Assembly (NCBI RefSeq): GCF_001194135.2
Contig: NC_068985.1
Coordinates: 61,210,244 to 61,274,243 of the forward strand
DNA from: Octopus bimaculoides
Lineage: Eukaryota
Length of the DNA stretch: 64,000 bases
Direction of reading: 5' to 3'
In this document: positions 51,076-64,000 of the stretch, piece after piece
How the letters are laid out: every line of letters starts with the position of its first letter
Numbering within the stretch: position 1 is the first letter of the stretch
Notes under the pieces: generated by a model
Databases searched by the model: none
The model's input: the letters and a program-made list of their open reading frames with translations, nothing else
Told to the model about the DNA's origin: nothing
Made by a program: the position numbers and the translations under genes

Positions 51076-51439
51076 AACCACTTATGGCTCTTTACAGAGG
51101 TATGACAAGGAGCTGAATCTTGCTGTTACACATATGGCCTTCCTACAGTAACTTTCTCCAGCTAGGGCTTGACTACAGTTTTCAATAGCTTTACATAGCT
51201 GTCTGAATTGAGTCTAAAGCCCTGTTTACAGATGTGGGACTGCCTGGTGCAAATCCTCATAATACAGGTAACTCTTTCCCAATATTCAGATGGCTTCTAG
51301 TCTGTCATGTCAGCTAACTATTTCTCAACTACAGCTTTAATCTTTATATTCACAAATGCCATTGATTGTTCATTAATACATCAAGCTGATCCCGAAAAAG
51401 GAGACATTAAAAAAATCATCAAATTTAGCCCAAACACAT

Positions 51440-51465
51440 GGTAGACAGAAACTAAAGAAACCTGT

Positions 51466-51529
<64 letters not shown>

Positions 51530-51810
51530 CCTGTGTGTGTGTGTATCTATGTTTGTACATCACCAGCACTTGATAACTCATGTTGGTCTGTTTACATTAC
51601 TGGTTCAGCAAAGGAGACTGACAGAATAAGTACCAGGCTTAAAAAAATGTACTGGCGTTGATTCATATATTTACAATGGGCTTTTTTCAGTGTCCATCTC
51701 CCAAATTCATTCGCATAGTTTGGTTGGCCAAGGCTACAGTAGAAGACATCTGCCCAATGTACCACATAGTGGGATTGAACTGCAAACCATGTGGTTGGGC
51801 AATAGCCCAT
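51440..51810 (-). mobile_element. CORE-type SINE-related composite fragment
   Basis: GGGATTGAACTGCAAACCATGTGGTTGGG (reverse of the head) plus a (GT)n-containing tail segment like that at 53990-54110. Confidence 0.55.
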
Positions 51811-52452
51811 CTCATATATCTAAACATTTAAATCATTTATTGCCTTTTGCTTGTTCTCAAAATGCTGCAAATGTTGACAATCATGACCAATTAGCTGTTT
51901 GTGATAATTAAGTTGATTGTTAAGTCAATGAATGATTAATAGAACAACTTTATAAAAAAAGGTCAATTGTTTGAGAATTAACTACTAATATTAACTACTA
52001 ATCAATAAAATAAGTACAAAAACTACAGTTTAAATTTACTAAAATATGAATCATTGCCGGTGAAAAAGAAAAGAAAAATAATGGTTTGACATTTTCAGTT
52101 GATGACAGTAGTTGATTTCCTAAGAAACCTGATTCCTAAGTCACAGCAGCAAAATGTTTCAACTAGTTGACATATCATGAACCAAATATATAAAGTTTCA
52201 TTACATCACCCAAGAACTTTTACTTGCATGTCTCATACATTTTGGTCTGCTTCAACTTGTACATAATACAGTAAATTGAGGCAGCTGCCAACTCTATATA
52301 AGGTACAAGTGTGTCCTGAACTACTTTACTGCCCACATATCTGGGACAAAGTAGCTGCTATGTAAACAAATATTCTAAATCTGCAGCCAAAATATGTCAT
52401 CTTTCTTCAGTAACATACTATGGCTAATACTATGCACAAGTATGCAGCTTGT

Positions 52453-52500
<48 letters not shown>

Positions 52501-52501
<1 letters not shown>

Positions 52502-52698
52502 CCAAAATTAGGGAATGGAGTAGATAAAATCCAAGCTACATATGTTACTTAGCTGGCAGGCCCTCAGAAGTAGTAATTATCTAAATGAGGGGTAATCTGC
52601 TAGCTACTCATCAAGCCAAATTACTACTTCCGAGGTTCTGCTAGCTATGAAACACATGTAACTTGAATTTTATCTACTCCATTCCCTAATTTTGGATT
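52501..52698. repeat. ~200-bp imperfect hairpin
   Basis: TCCAAAATTAGGGAATGGAGTAGATAAAAT...GAAGTAGTAATT pairs with AATTACTACTTC...ATTTTATCTACTCCATTCCCTAATTTTTGGA. Confidence 0.8.
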
Positions 52699-53036
52699 TC
52701 TAATCACATACACAGTAACCCCTGTTGCTAACCGTAAGCTATAAAACAATTTTTTCAGCCTATTGAATTTCGATATGGGAATAATTTACAACCTTCTGTG
52801 TTAATAAACCACTATTGTTCCTGAAAGTTGTCTTTTATACCTTCTACAGACTGCTCAAAGCTTACTATCTCCCTACACATTGATCCTTGGATCTAAGGGC
52901 GTCTAGCCATAAAAACCAAGCCAAAACCAACACAGAAGCATGGCGCAGGCTCCTGCCTCACCAGCTCCTGTCAAACCATCCAACCCATACCAGCATGGAA
53001 AGAGGATGTAAAACGATGATGATGATGATATATAAC

Positions 53037-53076
<40 letters not shown>

Positions 53077-53801
53077 ATATATATTTGAAAATATTATGTT
53101 ATATTAAACACAAGCAGGTATTTCAAAAATTCTTTTGAAATCCTGCTTTTTAATCAAAACTACACTTTCAAATATAATCAAAATGAGCATAAAAGATATT
53201 GCCTATTTTCTTTTAATTTGTTTGAGAGATATGATGTGCTTTACAGTTTAAGGAAATAACAAATGAATTAAAATGATAAAACTTATTGTGTGTGTGTGTA
53301 CATGTGCATAAAAACACAACACTTTTTGCTGTCCAGCCTCCATCAAGGCTCAAGTCAAAGTTATTTGCCAATTGAGATTATTTTCATTTCTTTTCATTTG
53401 GGTTTAGTTCAGCTACATATCCATTGACATATTTATTAATATATCTCTCTATCTGTTGATATAGCTGTAGATTCATCTACATATTCATCTGTCTGTCTAT
53501 CTGTCTAGCTAGTTAGCTAATTAACTATCATATCAGCATTTCCACCATTATCTGTCAATGCTCATAATACCAATAAGCATTTAAACTAAGTAACAAAACA
53601 AAAAAACAAAAAATTATGGTAGTGTCCCAGCATGGCCACAGGTTTTGGTCTGGACCACTAAAGGATAAAAGTGTAACATCCACAGCTATTTGCTAACAAA
53701 TGTTATTTCACTTTCATTTAACTATCTATCAATATACCTTTTAAAGCATGAATTTAGGGATCTTCATGACATTGTTTCATTATGTTAAACATTTCGATTA
53801 T

Positions 53802-54200
53802 GCAGGAGTGGCTGTGAGGTAAGAAACTTGCTTCCCAACCATATGGTTCTGGGTTCAGTCCCACTGCATGGCACCATGGGCAAGTGTCTTCTACTGTAGC
53901 CTTGGGCTGACCAAAGTTTTGTGAGTGGATTTGGTAGACAGAAACTGAAAGAAGCTATTGTATATATATATGTATGTGTGTGTGTGTGTGTGTGTATATT
54001 TGTGTGTCTGTGTTTGTCCCTTTACCATCACTTGACAACCGATGTTGGTGTGTTTACGTACCTGTAACTTAGCAGTTCGGCAAAAGAGACTGATAGAATA
54101 AGTACTAGGCTTAGAAAGACCAAGTCCTGGGGTCGATTTGTTCAACTAAAGATGATGTTCCAGCATGGCCGCAGTCAAATGACCGAAACAAGTAAAAGAA
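53802..54200 (+). mobile_element. tRNA-derived CORE-type SINE, full length
   Basis: Collinear with 5080-5428, including the A/B boxes and GGCACC.TGGGCAAGTGTCTTCTACT. Confidence 0.9.
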
Positions 54201-54324
54201 GAAAAAAGAAAATGCCTGCGATTTTAACACACAAATGTAGAATATAGACTTTCTCCCCTTCATTCTCTCTTTCATGTTTTTTCTCTCTATTTTGTTCAAC
54301 TATTCTTATTTCATTTCTTTCTTT

Positions 54325-54455
54325 GTCTCTCTCTCCCCTTCCTCTCTCTCTCCCCTTCCTCTCTCTCTCCCCGTCCTCTCTCTTTCCCCTTCCTCTCTCT
54401 CTCCCCTTCCTCTCTCTTTCCCCTTCCTCTCTCTCTCCCTTTCCTCTCTCTCTTT
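54325..54455. repeat. Polypyrimidine (CT/CCTT) tandem tract
   Basis: Repeated TCTCTCTCCCCTTCC units. Confidence 0.85.
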
Positions 54456-54579
54456 ATATATTTCTACATTTAAGTTATTACCTCCCTTGACATAAGTGTA
54501 ACACATGGCTAGAACAAGTAGGGATGCAGGAACATGCAGGAACATGCAGAATAATATTATCTTTATCATCATCATCATC

Positions 54580-54612
<33 letters not shown>

Positions 54613-55774
54613 ACTTGTGTTCTTGGTTTGTATAAAAATTCATGTCTTGAAATTGTTGTATTATACATGGTAGCATGTCGTACATAGACATTATGTAATT
54701 AAATTTGAATTCCATTTGCTGTTTCCTTTGTATCTAAATTGTTTTCTATATTTTGACATTCTTGTATCACTGGTTTCTTCAATACAAACTATTTCACCAC
54801 TTAGATATAAGAGTTTGTTTCATTTGTGACATTTACACAAATATCAAGATATGCTTTGTTAAAAATAAAAATAAGTTCTGTTATAACCTAATTTATTGAC
54901 ACTCTAGCACCTCCCTAAAATTCTTCTTTGACTCCCACTTGCCTTTGGTGAAGTATCAATGCTGATGCCCCTTCTATTATCCTCAAGCAGTCTGTTCTTA
55001 GGATATCTATAATACATCTCCAAATTCTTTATTTGTTCTTATTTTGAGGAATATTTTGTGTGGTAGATTTAATCTATTGCCTGGTTTAACATCACTACCT
55101 GATTTCTTAGCTGTCTTTTAGTTGAGTTCACTTTGTTGCTAGCAGATATTTGGTTTGAGGATCCCTTCTTTCCTTCCTCCTGCAAGTTTAAGATGCTATT
55201 GAAATTAATGGTCAAAAACAAGTTAGAAACTCTGTCACAATTAGTCAATTAGTAACTCTCAACAAAACTCAAGCATAACTCAGTTATTGGAGTACTGCTC
55301 ACATTACTAGGGTGGAACTGCAGCTATCCACTCATACAAAACAGTATGCCAAAATGTAATCTTGCTGATGAGAAGCAATTCATTAACCTACATACCAAAA
55401 TTGGTGCAGATATGACTATGTGGTTAAGATGTGGAGCTACTTCATACTTTTGCGTTCAATCCCATTGCATGTTTCTCTCAGTGAGTGTTTACTAATCACA
55501 GGTCAAGCAAAGCTTTGTGAGTGAAATTCTAATAGTCACAAATTGTGTGTAAACCTGAACGAGGGATTATTCCTCTTGTGAAATGGTAGACTTAATCCCA
55601 GTTAAATACCACCACCACCTAGTCCTGAAGTAACTTTGTGATAAATAGAGTCAAGTCAATAGATAACTTTCTCCCTTCCTCCCATCAATCTTGTACAGTT
55701 TGTAAAAGATTCCCTTAATCCTCTGACTAAGCCATTAATATATATATGTGTGTATGTGTATTTATGTACATATA

Positions 55775-56400
55775 TATAATTGTTGAACTTAGCATTTGTC
55801 AACATGGAGAAAGCATTTGTTAGGGTCTCTTACTTCCTCATCTGGTGGTCACTGCAAAAGCTAGGGGTAGATGAATGGCTGGTGAGATCTGTCACAACCA
55901 TGTGTAAATGTGATGTCAGTAAGGTGAGAGTTAGCATTGAGTACAGCAATAAGTTTAGTGTGAGTTGGAGTTCACCAGCACTTAGTTCTCAGTCCCCTCT
56001 TATTTGAAATAGTCTTCCAGGCCATAAAAAAAGAGTTTAAGACTGGTTGCTTGTGGGAGCTCATCTGTGCTTATAATCTTGTTCTTATAGCTGATTCTGT
56101 AATAGAATTTTAAAAAAAGTTCCAGGTGTGGAAGCAAAATCTGGAATCAAAGGGCCTCAGAGTTAACTTAACAAAGACTAACATTCTAGTAAGCAGAACA
56201 ACAGACAGGACTCTTCTCCTTCAGGAAAAAGGTCCTGTTTGAGTTGTAGAAAAGAAGTTTGCTGAAATTCCATGCAGTGTATTCAGTTCCACAGGAAGTC
56301 TGACCGAATTTGACTTAGTGTGTGGTTGATGCAGAGGAAACAGATTTCCTTGAATACCCAGGAGGATCGTTAGAAGTAGGAAATACTTTCTGTTATCTAA
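55775..56400 (+). mobile_element. RTE LINE RT core fragment
   Basis: LAFVNMEKAFVRV..IWWSLQKLGVDEWLVR...VLSPLLF...WELICAYNLVL...ESKGLRVNLTKT. Confidence 0.85.
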
Positions 56401-56535
56401 ATGTAGGCATGATGGTTGTGTGGTGAGAAGTTTGCTTCCTAACTACATGGTTCCTTCTGCAAGTTCCTTCTACTATAATCTTGGGCAGATCAAAACCTTA
56501 TGGATGGATTTGGTAGTTGGGAACTGAAAAAAGTT

Positions 56536-56567
<32 letters not shown>

Positions 56568-57014
56568 ANNNNNNNNNNNNNNNNNNNNNNNNNNNNNNNN
56601 NNNNNNNNNNNNNNNNNNNNNNNNNNNNNNNNNNNNNNNNNNNNNNNNNNNNNNNNNNNNNNNNNNNNNNNNNNNNNNNNNNNNNNNNNNNNNNNNNNNN
56701 NNNNNNNNNNNNNNNNNNNNNNNNNNNNNNNNNNNNNNNNNNNNNNNNNNNNNNNNNNNNNNNNNNNNNNNNNNNNATTTATTAAGTCTCTTGATGAATT
56801 CTTTATACTGAAATATATATTGAAGAAGATAAATATGTACATTTGAATATATACGTTTTTGCGTCGTAACTCCTTTATCATTATTAATATAACCAAAAGG
56901 ATCGATTCTTGAAGAGTCTGCATACCTTCACTGTCGTTTTTTTCTGCTATTTTGGTGATGATTTTTTGAGTTAGGTTACCAATTATTTTTGTTGGTAGTT
57001 AATTTATAATATAT

Positions 57015-57047
<33 letters not shown>

Positions 57048-57052
<5 letters not shown>

Positions 57053-57623
57053 TCATCCCATAAGTTCTGTCCGATTTTACCTTTTTTAAAATTGAATGAA
57101 ATTTAATAGTATTTTAGAATGTTTAATGGAATTAAGAATTATTCAGATGCATTTGTGTACATTTAAACTAATTAAATATTATTTTTCAGAATAATAGAAT
57201 TAAAGTTTCTTTGATTAAAACCTTTTCTAACATGGAAGTATCCAAAGAGCACTTGAGATACATAATGCTTTATGAGTATAAAAAAAGGAAACTCTGCAGC
57301 CGAATCGATTCGAAACATGCACTCAATTTATCAGAAAGAATGCTTGATTGAAAGAACTTGCAGAAGATAGTTTGCAAAATTCAGAACTGGAGATTTCAGC
57401 CTCGAAGATGAAGATCGAACAGGACTTCCAGTTGAGTTTGATGATAAGCTCCTTGAGGCATTACTTGAAGAAAATCCTGCATTATCAGTTGAAGAATTGG
57501 CAATAAAGCTTAGTTCAAATCATACAACTGTTCATCGTCATCTTGAACAACTTGGAAAGGTTCCTAAACTTGGAAAATGGGTGCCTCATGAATTGTCCAA
57601 AAGTAACTGCAAATCCTGAGTTG
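57048..57623 (+). mobile_element. Mariner 5' end (left TIR and N-terminal HTH region), running into a gap
   Basis: TA-TCAGATCATCCCATAAGTTCTG; ATG at 57232 reads MEVSKEHLRYIMLYEYKK/NSAAES...FRTGDFSLEDEDRTG...KWVPHEL, with one frameshift and one stop. Confidence 0.9.
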
Positions 57624-58117
57624 NNNNNNNNNNNNNNNNNNNNNNNNNNNNNNNNNNNNNNNNNNNNNNNNNNNNNNNNNNNNNNNNNNNNNNNNNNNNN
57701 NNNNNNNNNNNNNNNNNNNNNNNNNNNNNNNNNNNNNNNNNNNNNNNNNNNNNNNNNNNNNNNNNNNNNNNNNNNNNNNNNNNNNNNNNNNNNNNNNNNN
57801 NNNNNNNNNNNNNNNNNNNNNNNNNNNNNNNNNNNNNNNNNNNNNNNNNNNNNNNNNNNNNNNNNNNNNNNNNNNNNNNNNNNNNNNNNNNNNNNNNNNN
57901 NNNNNNNNNNNNNNNNNNNNNNNNNNNNNNNNNNNNNNNNNNNNNNNNNNNNNNNNNNNNNNNNNNNNNNNNNNNNNNNNNNNNNNNNNNNNNNNNNNNN
58001 NNNNNNNNNNNNNNNNNNNNNNNNNNNNNNNNNNNNNNNNNNNNNNNNNNNNNNNNNNNNNNNNNNNNNNNNNNNNNNNNNNNNNNNNNNNNNNNNNNNN
58101 NNNNNNNNNNNNNNNNN

Positions 58118-58149
<32 letters not shown>

Positions 58150-58165
<16 letters not shown>

Positions 58166-58740
58166 CACATTCCCTTTCCCCTCCTTTTCTACCCTTCCTC
58201 CCTACCCCTTCATTGGAAGATCCTGTGGGCCTTCCATCATCTCTAGCTAGATCCCACCACCTTTCCTATTTTCCCCAACCTACCCTTGCCCTCTCTCAAA
58301 CGTAGCTCCCTCCCCTTTTCCATTCCCACCCAACCTGTATCTTTCCCTTGCTCCAGGCCCCATTGCCACACTGCCTTCCTCACTGGATCCAACCTGCATA
58401 CCCTCAACATCAGGAACTCCTTGTCCTGCACTTCTTCAAACCTTATTTACTGTATCGGGTGCAATCTTTGCAATAAACTTTATGTTGGTCAGATGAGCCG
58501 TCAGCTAGCTGACCGGTTCACTGAATACCTGTGAGATGTTCATCTATGTAAGAATACCCTCCCCACCCCATCGCCCATCATTTTTGTTTGGCCAGTAACT
58601 CCACCTCAGACTTCACCATCTTTGGCCTTGCCCTATACCATGGATTCACCAACCCTAGACTCCACCTGGAACAGCACTACATTTTCACTCTATCTACTTG
58701 AACTCCTTTTGGACTCAACACAACCCACTCCTTTCAGTGA
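58150..58740 (+). mobile_element. Penelope-like GIY-YIG endonuclease remnant (second lineage)
   Basis: LSCTSSNLIYCIGCNLCNKLYVGQMSRQLADRFTEY...IAHHF...LEQHYIF...PFGLN. Confidence 0.85.
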
Positions 58741-58979
58741 CTTCCTCACACACCTTTTTTAAAAAATATTTTATTCTATTTTATTTCTTATTTTATTAGT
58801 TTTTCTTTATCTATTTTCTGTTACTGATTTACTTATATAATCTTTTCATTTGTTTTTTATTATTTTTAATTTTTTATTATTTATTATTTTTTATTTTCTA
58901 TTTAAAAATGTTTTTATATTTCTTTGTTTGCTCATGTTTTTATTTTTTAACTTGTATTTTTAATTTAATTACTTTTAAA

Positions 58980-59644
58980 TACACACACACTCACACATAC
59001 ACACACCATCATACGCACACACTCACACACACACACTGCCATACACACTCACACACACCGCCATACACACTCATACACATGCACACCCACATAGAGGCCC
59101 CTGCCACACACACTCATATGCACATATACATATACACACACTTGCACATATGCACATATCCATATGCACACCCACAAGCACATACACACTTGTCCTCCTG
59201 CCCTTCACACCCTACCACACACACCCGTGCACACACACACACACAACACCCACACATACATGCACACACGCACACACTCCCACACATGCATACACACACA
59301 TGCATACCCATGCACATACTGATATGGACACACATAAAACGCAAACCCTTGGCTAAACCAACACACCCATATACTCCACCTCACCCTCTCTCCCTTTCAC
59401 ATGCATACACACACACACACAAATGTACATATACCTCGACACACACAACCCTCCACACAACAACAACACACACACAATACATACACAACACATATACACA
59501 CATGTACATACACTTCCACACATACTCTCGTGCACACAGGCACACACACATACCCACATGGACACACGTACACACATATATATATATAAAGAGAGAGACA
59601 GAGTGACACACAGAGAGACACATACACACAGTTACTACCACACA

Positions 59645-59691
<47 letters not shown>

Positions 59692-59692
59692 G
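58980..59692. repeat. Long degenerate (CA)n low-complexity tract
   Basis: ~700 bp of imperfect CA repeats. Confidence 0.9.
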
Positions 59693-59831
59693 CACATACT
59701 AACCATCTTCACACTCTCCTGTTCCAGAAAACACTTTCTCCTTTCACTTTTGGTCACTTCAGAAATGTAACCACAAGTGGATTGTTGGTGATTTTTCGTT
59801 ATTTATCATTCTTTCTCTTTGGACTTTCTCT

Positions 59832-59862
59832 TTCTGACGAAGAGCTATGCTCGAAATATCAA
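59832..59862 (+). ncRNA. Minimal type I hammerhead motif (AUC triplet)
   Basis: TT-CTGACGA-A-GAGC-TAT-GCTC-GAAA-TA-TC-AA; downstream flank resembles that of 6807-6841. Confidence 0.55.
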
Positions 59863-59967
59863 CAACTCTCGCTTTTCACCAAGTGTCAAATAAATTTATT
59901 GCTTGTGCACACCCTCACGTTCATTTTTATCATGTTTTCTGTTTTCAGATTAGTTGTTCTTTGAATT

Positions 59968-60014
<47 letters not shown>

Positions 60015-60016
<2 letters not shown>

Positions 60017-61897
60017 ATGGTTTCATACAGTGAAGGATCTCTTTACAATTTTCGAGCTTGCCACATAGGAACGTTGGTACTCATTTCCATTTTGGATGAG
60101 AATACATGAAGTTACATGAGATAGTATGAGATTTTGGAAGAAATAAATATACAGATCATGGGAGGTAATGTATAAGAAAATCTTAACTGTTGTCTCTCTT
60201 ACATTAGCCCTGGCATTTTGCAAGGAATGCATTCACTATGGATTAATCAATTCCTTAATCATCTTATGTGAGAATGCTTGTGCACATCCATTTTTTATGG
60301 TGGCATATATCTTTTATGCATAATGTTCATATATGGCATATAAATCAATGTCCAACTTGTCTAGGTTGGAGGAGTGGCAAAGTGGGTGGCGTGAATTGGG
60401 GGTCATGCTTGAATTTTTGAAGTATGAATTGTTGCTTGTTCATGCAGGGTGAGAATGTTTCCGCTCTAATATTTAAAGTATACACTATTGATATTATGAT
60501 ATTTGGTTTGGAAACATGCAACTAATGCTATTAACCTATTGTTTTATTGATGATGATTGGTGGTTAGAGGCTAGGTCAATATAGAAAGTATCCTCATTTG
60601 ATTTATGGTAGGGTTTAAATTTGCCTATACTAAGATTCAAATTAATGTTTAGGAAATTAAGTTATTTAAGATTAGCATTGTAGTTCTTAAGTTCAGTTGG
60701 CTAAATATTTTGCAAAATTTTTCTTTATCTTCTCCATATCCAGTCCATTTTTGTTATGTACTACTCATAGACCATCGTCCCTATGTAACCCTATGTCAGC
60801 TTCTTTTATCTCTTTTTTTGAAGGACATCTAGGATGTAAAAACCAACTAGATTCACTATCTCCAAACAATCATAGCTCACCATAGTGATATCAAATGGCT
60901 CATCCCCATTCTTTTTCGCCCACTAGGAATTATTATGAAAAAGTCATGACTTCCTTGCATTCCCTATAATGGCTATATCAGTATTAGTAAATATTGATTA
61001 AATGCATTATATGAACATTAGGCATAAAAGACATATGCTTCCATAAACTTATACTGGGTTCCCTTACTAAACAGAAATAAGTGCTTTCACATATACATTA
61101 CATCACATGATTCATAGAAAAAATGCAGAAATACATGAACTTATGAACTGACCACCCCATGCAAGAAATTTAGTGAGACCTCACAATTATGTGTACATAC
61201 ACAAAACAAAATGCATAATGCATGCATGTATGCATTATCTATATGTGTGCATCTGTGTGTGTGTTTGTGTATGAGTGTGTGTCTGTGTGTACATAATGTG
61301 TTTGGATGTGCATGTGTACATATATGTGTATTTATATTTAAAAATGTGAAGGTGCATGGCTCAGTGGTTAGAGCACCAGGTTCGCAATCATGAAGTAGTG
61401 TTGTGATGTCACTGGTGCCAAGCTGTATCAACCTTTGCCTTTCCCTTGGATAACACTGGTGGCATGGAGAGGGAAGCTGGTATGCATGGGTGACTGCTGG
61501 TCTTCTATAAACAACCTTGTTCAGACTTGTGCTTCAGAGGGTAACTTTCTAGGTGCAATCCCATGGTCATTCATGACCAAAAGAGGTCTGTATATTTAAA
61601 AATGGACGTGCATGAGTATTTTCACATAAGATGATTAAGGAATTAATTCATAGCAAGAATCTCAGGGCTAATGCAAAAGGGAAGCAACAATTACAATTTC
61701 CTTATAAGTTACCTCCCATGATCTGTATATTTATTTATTTCAAAATCCCAAACTATCTCATGTAACTTCATGTATTCTCATTCATGTGGCAAGCTTGAAA
61801 ATTGTAAAGACATCCCTCTCTACATGAAACCATTGGTAACTTTGTTAACCCACAAATAAAGAATATCTATTCACCAATATAATGTTGATCACTCATT
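60015..61897. repeat. Long inverted-repeat element (~240-280-bp arms) related to the 34150 family
   Basis: 60015-60296 pairs with 61598-61835; 61835-61897 matches the reverse complement of 34150-34215. Confidence 0.75.
61351..61590 (+). mobile_element. tRNA-derived SINE
   Basis: GGTGCATGGCTCAGTGGTTAGAGC head with A-box. Confidence 0.6.
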
Positions 61898-62550
61898 CTC
61901 ACTTTTTGATATATGTGTGTGTGTGTATGTGTGTGTGTGTCAGTGTTTGTTCTCCATCATAGCTTGACAACTGGTGTTGGTTTGTTTACATCTCCATAAC
62001 TTAAGTATCAAACTTAAAAAGAAAAAAAATATATAAATACAGGGGCAGATTTGTTCGACCAAACACTTCAAGGCAGTCCCCCAGCATGGCTGCAGTCTAA
62101 TAATTGAAACAAGTAAATGATAGAAGAAAAAATGAAAGACAAATAACCTCTGTTAGTAATAAAACTTCTCTCTCAAAGTGAAACACAGATTGTATGAAAC
62201 AGTAATACTACATTGTAGTGAAATGTGGACTGTGAATGCAGAGGACAAGTGAAGGCTAAAAACAAATGATGCTAGCATGTTCTGGATATCCAATGTCAGC
62301 ATGCATTATCACAGTTTTCTGGCTTACTGGCTCGAGCCAAACCATCCAATTTATGCCAGCATGGGAAACAAATGTTAAATGGTGATGATGATATAACGTA
62401 TAGGCATGCATGTGTGGCTAAAAACTTTGCTTCCCAACTATGTTCCACATTCAGTTCTATTGAATGGAACCTTGGGCAATTATCTTCTACTATAGCCTCT
62501 ACTATAGCTTTCTGAGTGGATTTGGGTGCAGAAAACTGAAAGCAGCCAAT

Positions 62551-62604
<54 letters not shown>

Positions 62605-62605
<1 letters not shown>

Positions 62606-63262
62606 AAGGTGCAATGAATAAACTGTCATCTAAATTACGCAAAAATGAAAATAACACTGACATCTCATTTTAACAGATATATTAACCAAAATTACATAAA
62701 AATATCTTGAAATACTAAACAGTAAATTTATTCAATAAAATCACCATTGCCCTCAACCACAGCCTCCAGACATCTTCGGAATCTCCTGCAACTCTTCTGG
62801 ATGGTCTCTTTGTTTAAGTTAGTGAATGCTACCTGCCTGATAAGAAACTCAGACACTCCCATATCCCTTGCAATGGACCTGAATGACTTGGAGGGATCAT
62901 TGTCAATCATAGCCTGGATCTCACCAACAAATTCAGGAGTTATTTTATCAGAACGATCAGAGTGAGTTTTCCAAGCTGCCGTACCTTCATAATCACCATT
63001 AGACTTATCCAACTCTTTCCAAATCTTCTGCACTCTCCTCAGATTGACACTCAAACACTCTGAAATGTTCGTATTGGGGCTTCTAGTGCAAATTCCCAGC
63101 AGTACAGCATGTCATTTCTGGCAGAGTGAATTGCATCATGGTACTGTTTTTCTCAGTCAGTGCCCAACTGACCTTACTATACTGTGTAATTGACAAATTC
63201 AAAAACAGTCAATGCACGTGCGCGAAATTAAAAATATGAAATAGTAACGATTTACCCATCGC

Positions 63263-63268
<6 letters not shown>
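62605..63268 (-). mobile_element. Internally deleted Tc1/maT-like transposon with both TIRs
   Basis: Imperfect ~22-bp TIRs (CAAGGTGCAATGAATAAACT / GATTTACCCATCGCACCCTA) flanked by TA. ORF 62728..63054 fuses the HTH region (RSIARDMGVSEFLIRQV) to the extreme C-terminus (CRRFRRCLEAVVEGNGDFIE); no catalytic core. Confidence 0.85.
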
Positions 63269-63302
<34 letters not shown>

Positions 63303-63684
63303 TAACAGAATGAGATAAAAATCCAAGGCTGTGAAAGATTTCAGAACATTTATAAAGAGAAGGTCTTACAGCTGTTTCCGGGATGTTTTATATATCCCTT
63401 CATTGGAGATGGTGTGAGAAAATGGTTAAGCAATAGTTATTCTTGAAAGGATATAAAATAGAGAATAAAGTGGAAGAATGAAAACAGATGTGAGATATGC
63501 AGGGATATTGTATCTGCAGATCCATTATTTAAGCAGAATGGTATACATATAAGTTTCCTGTACCTTGTGTGTAAGTTCCAATAGTAGTTAAAATTGGTCA
63601 TTCCAGGCATAGAGTTTGTAAACAGTATTATTGAATCAAGGGTTTTTTGAAGTGTCTTAAAAGTTGGGAATGTGTTTACCATTA

Positions 63685-63732
<48 letters not shown>

Positions 63733-63856
63733 CACGTACATATATATAGGTGTGTGTGTGTTCTAATACAACATCCATTTTTAAGTGGTGAATACACACA
63801 CACACACACACACACACATAGGTGTATACGAATGTGTGTTTGTGTGTGTGTGTGTA

Positions 63857-63907
<51 letters not shown>

Positions 63908-64000
63908 ACTCCTTGTCTTGACATCAAGTGATAATTGTAAACAAATGCCTCCGTCATATAAACGATGTCATTTGTTTACAATTTTTCATGAAAATATGTC

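Noticed and set aside
58908-59770. Long His/Thr- and Cys/Val-rich ORFs (e.g. 232 aa)
   Set aside because: Translations of a degenerate (CA)n tract; the same applies to the YIYI/CVCV/HTHT ORFs throughout the track.

Overview
AT-rich, microsatellite-dense animal genomic DNA with several N gaps. The repeat content (RTE LINEs with (ATG)n tails, tRNA-derived CORE-type SINEs, Penelope-like elements, mariner/Tc1/pogo remnants, a Ty3/Gypsy relic) suggests a cephalopod, probably Octopus; this is inference. I could not establish any intact host gene, and most ORFs in the track are microsatellite or antisense-repeat artefacts. Highlights: (1) a degraded Sola3-like DD(E/D) transposase at ~9.26-11.45 kb (minus) whose catalytic half carries several lesions while its C-terminal ~430 codons are stop-free and begin at a phase-compatible splice acceptor, a candidate exaptation; (2) nine type I hammerhead-ribozyme motifs from several sequence families, some with intact cores, one just downstream of a Penelope GIY-YIG ORF; (3) a Penelope GIY-YIG endonuclease with a ~134-aa open spacer between its two motifs; (4) several fold-back/palindromic elements, one with a telomere-like core and one built from inverted tandem arrays; (5) nested insertions (Gypsy > mariner > RTE; SINE in SINE; pogo in a palindrome loop). 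Motifs were found and translated by eye, so ends may be off by a few bases and family names need database confirmation.
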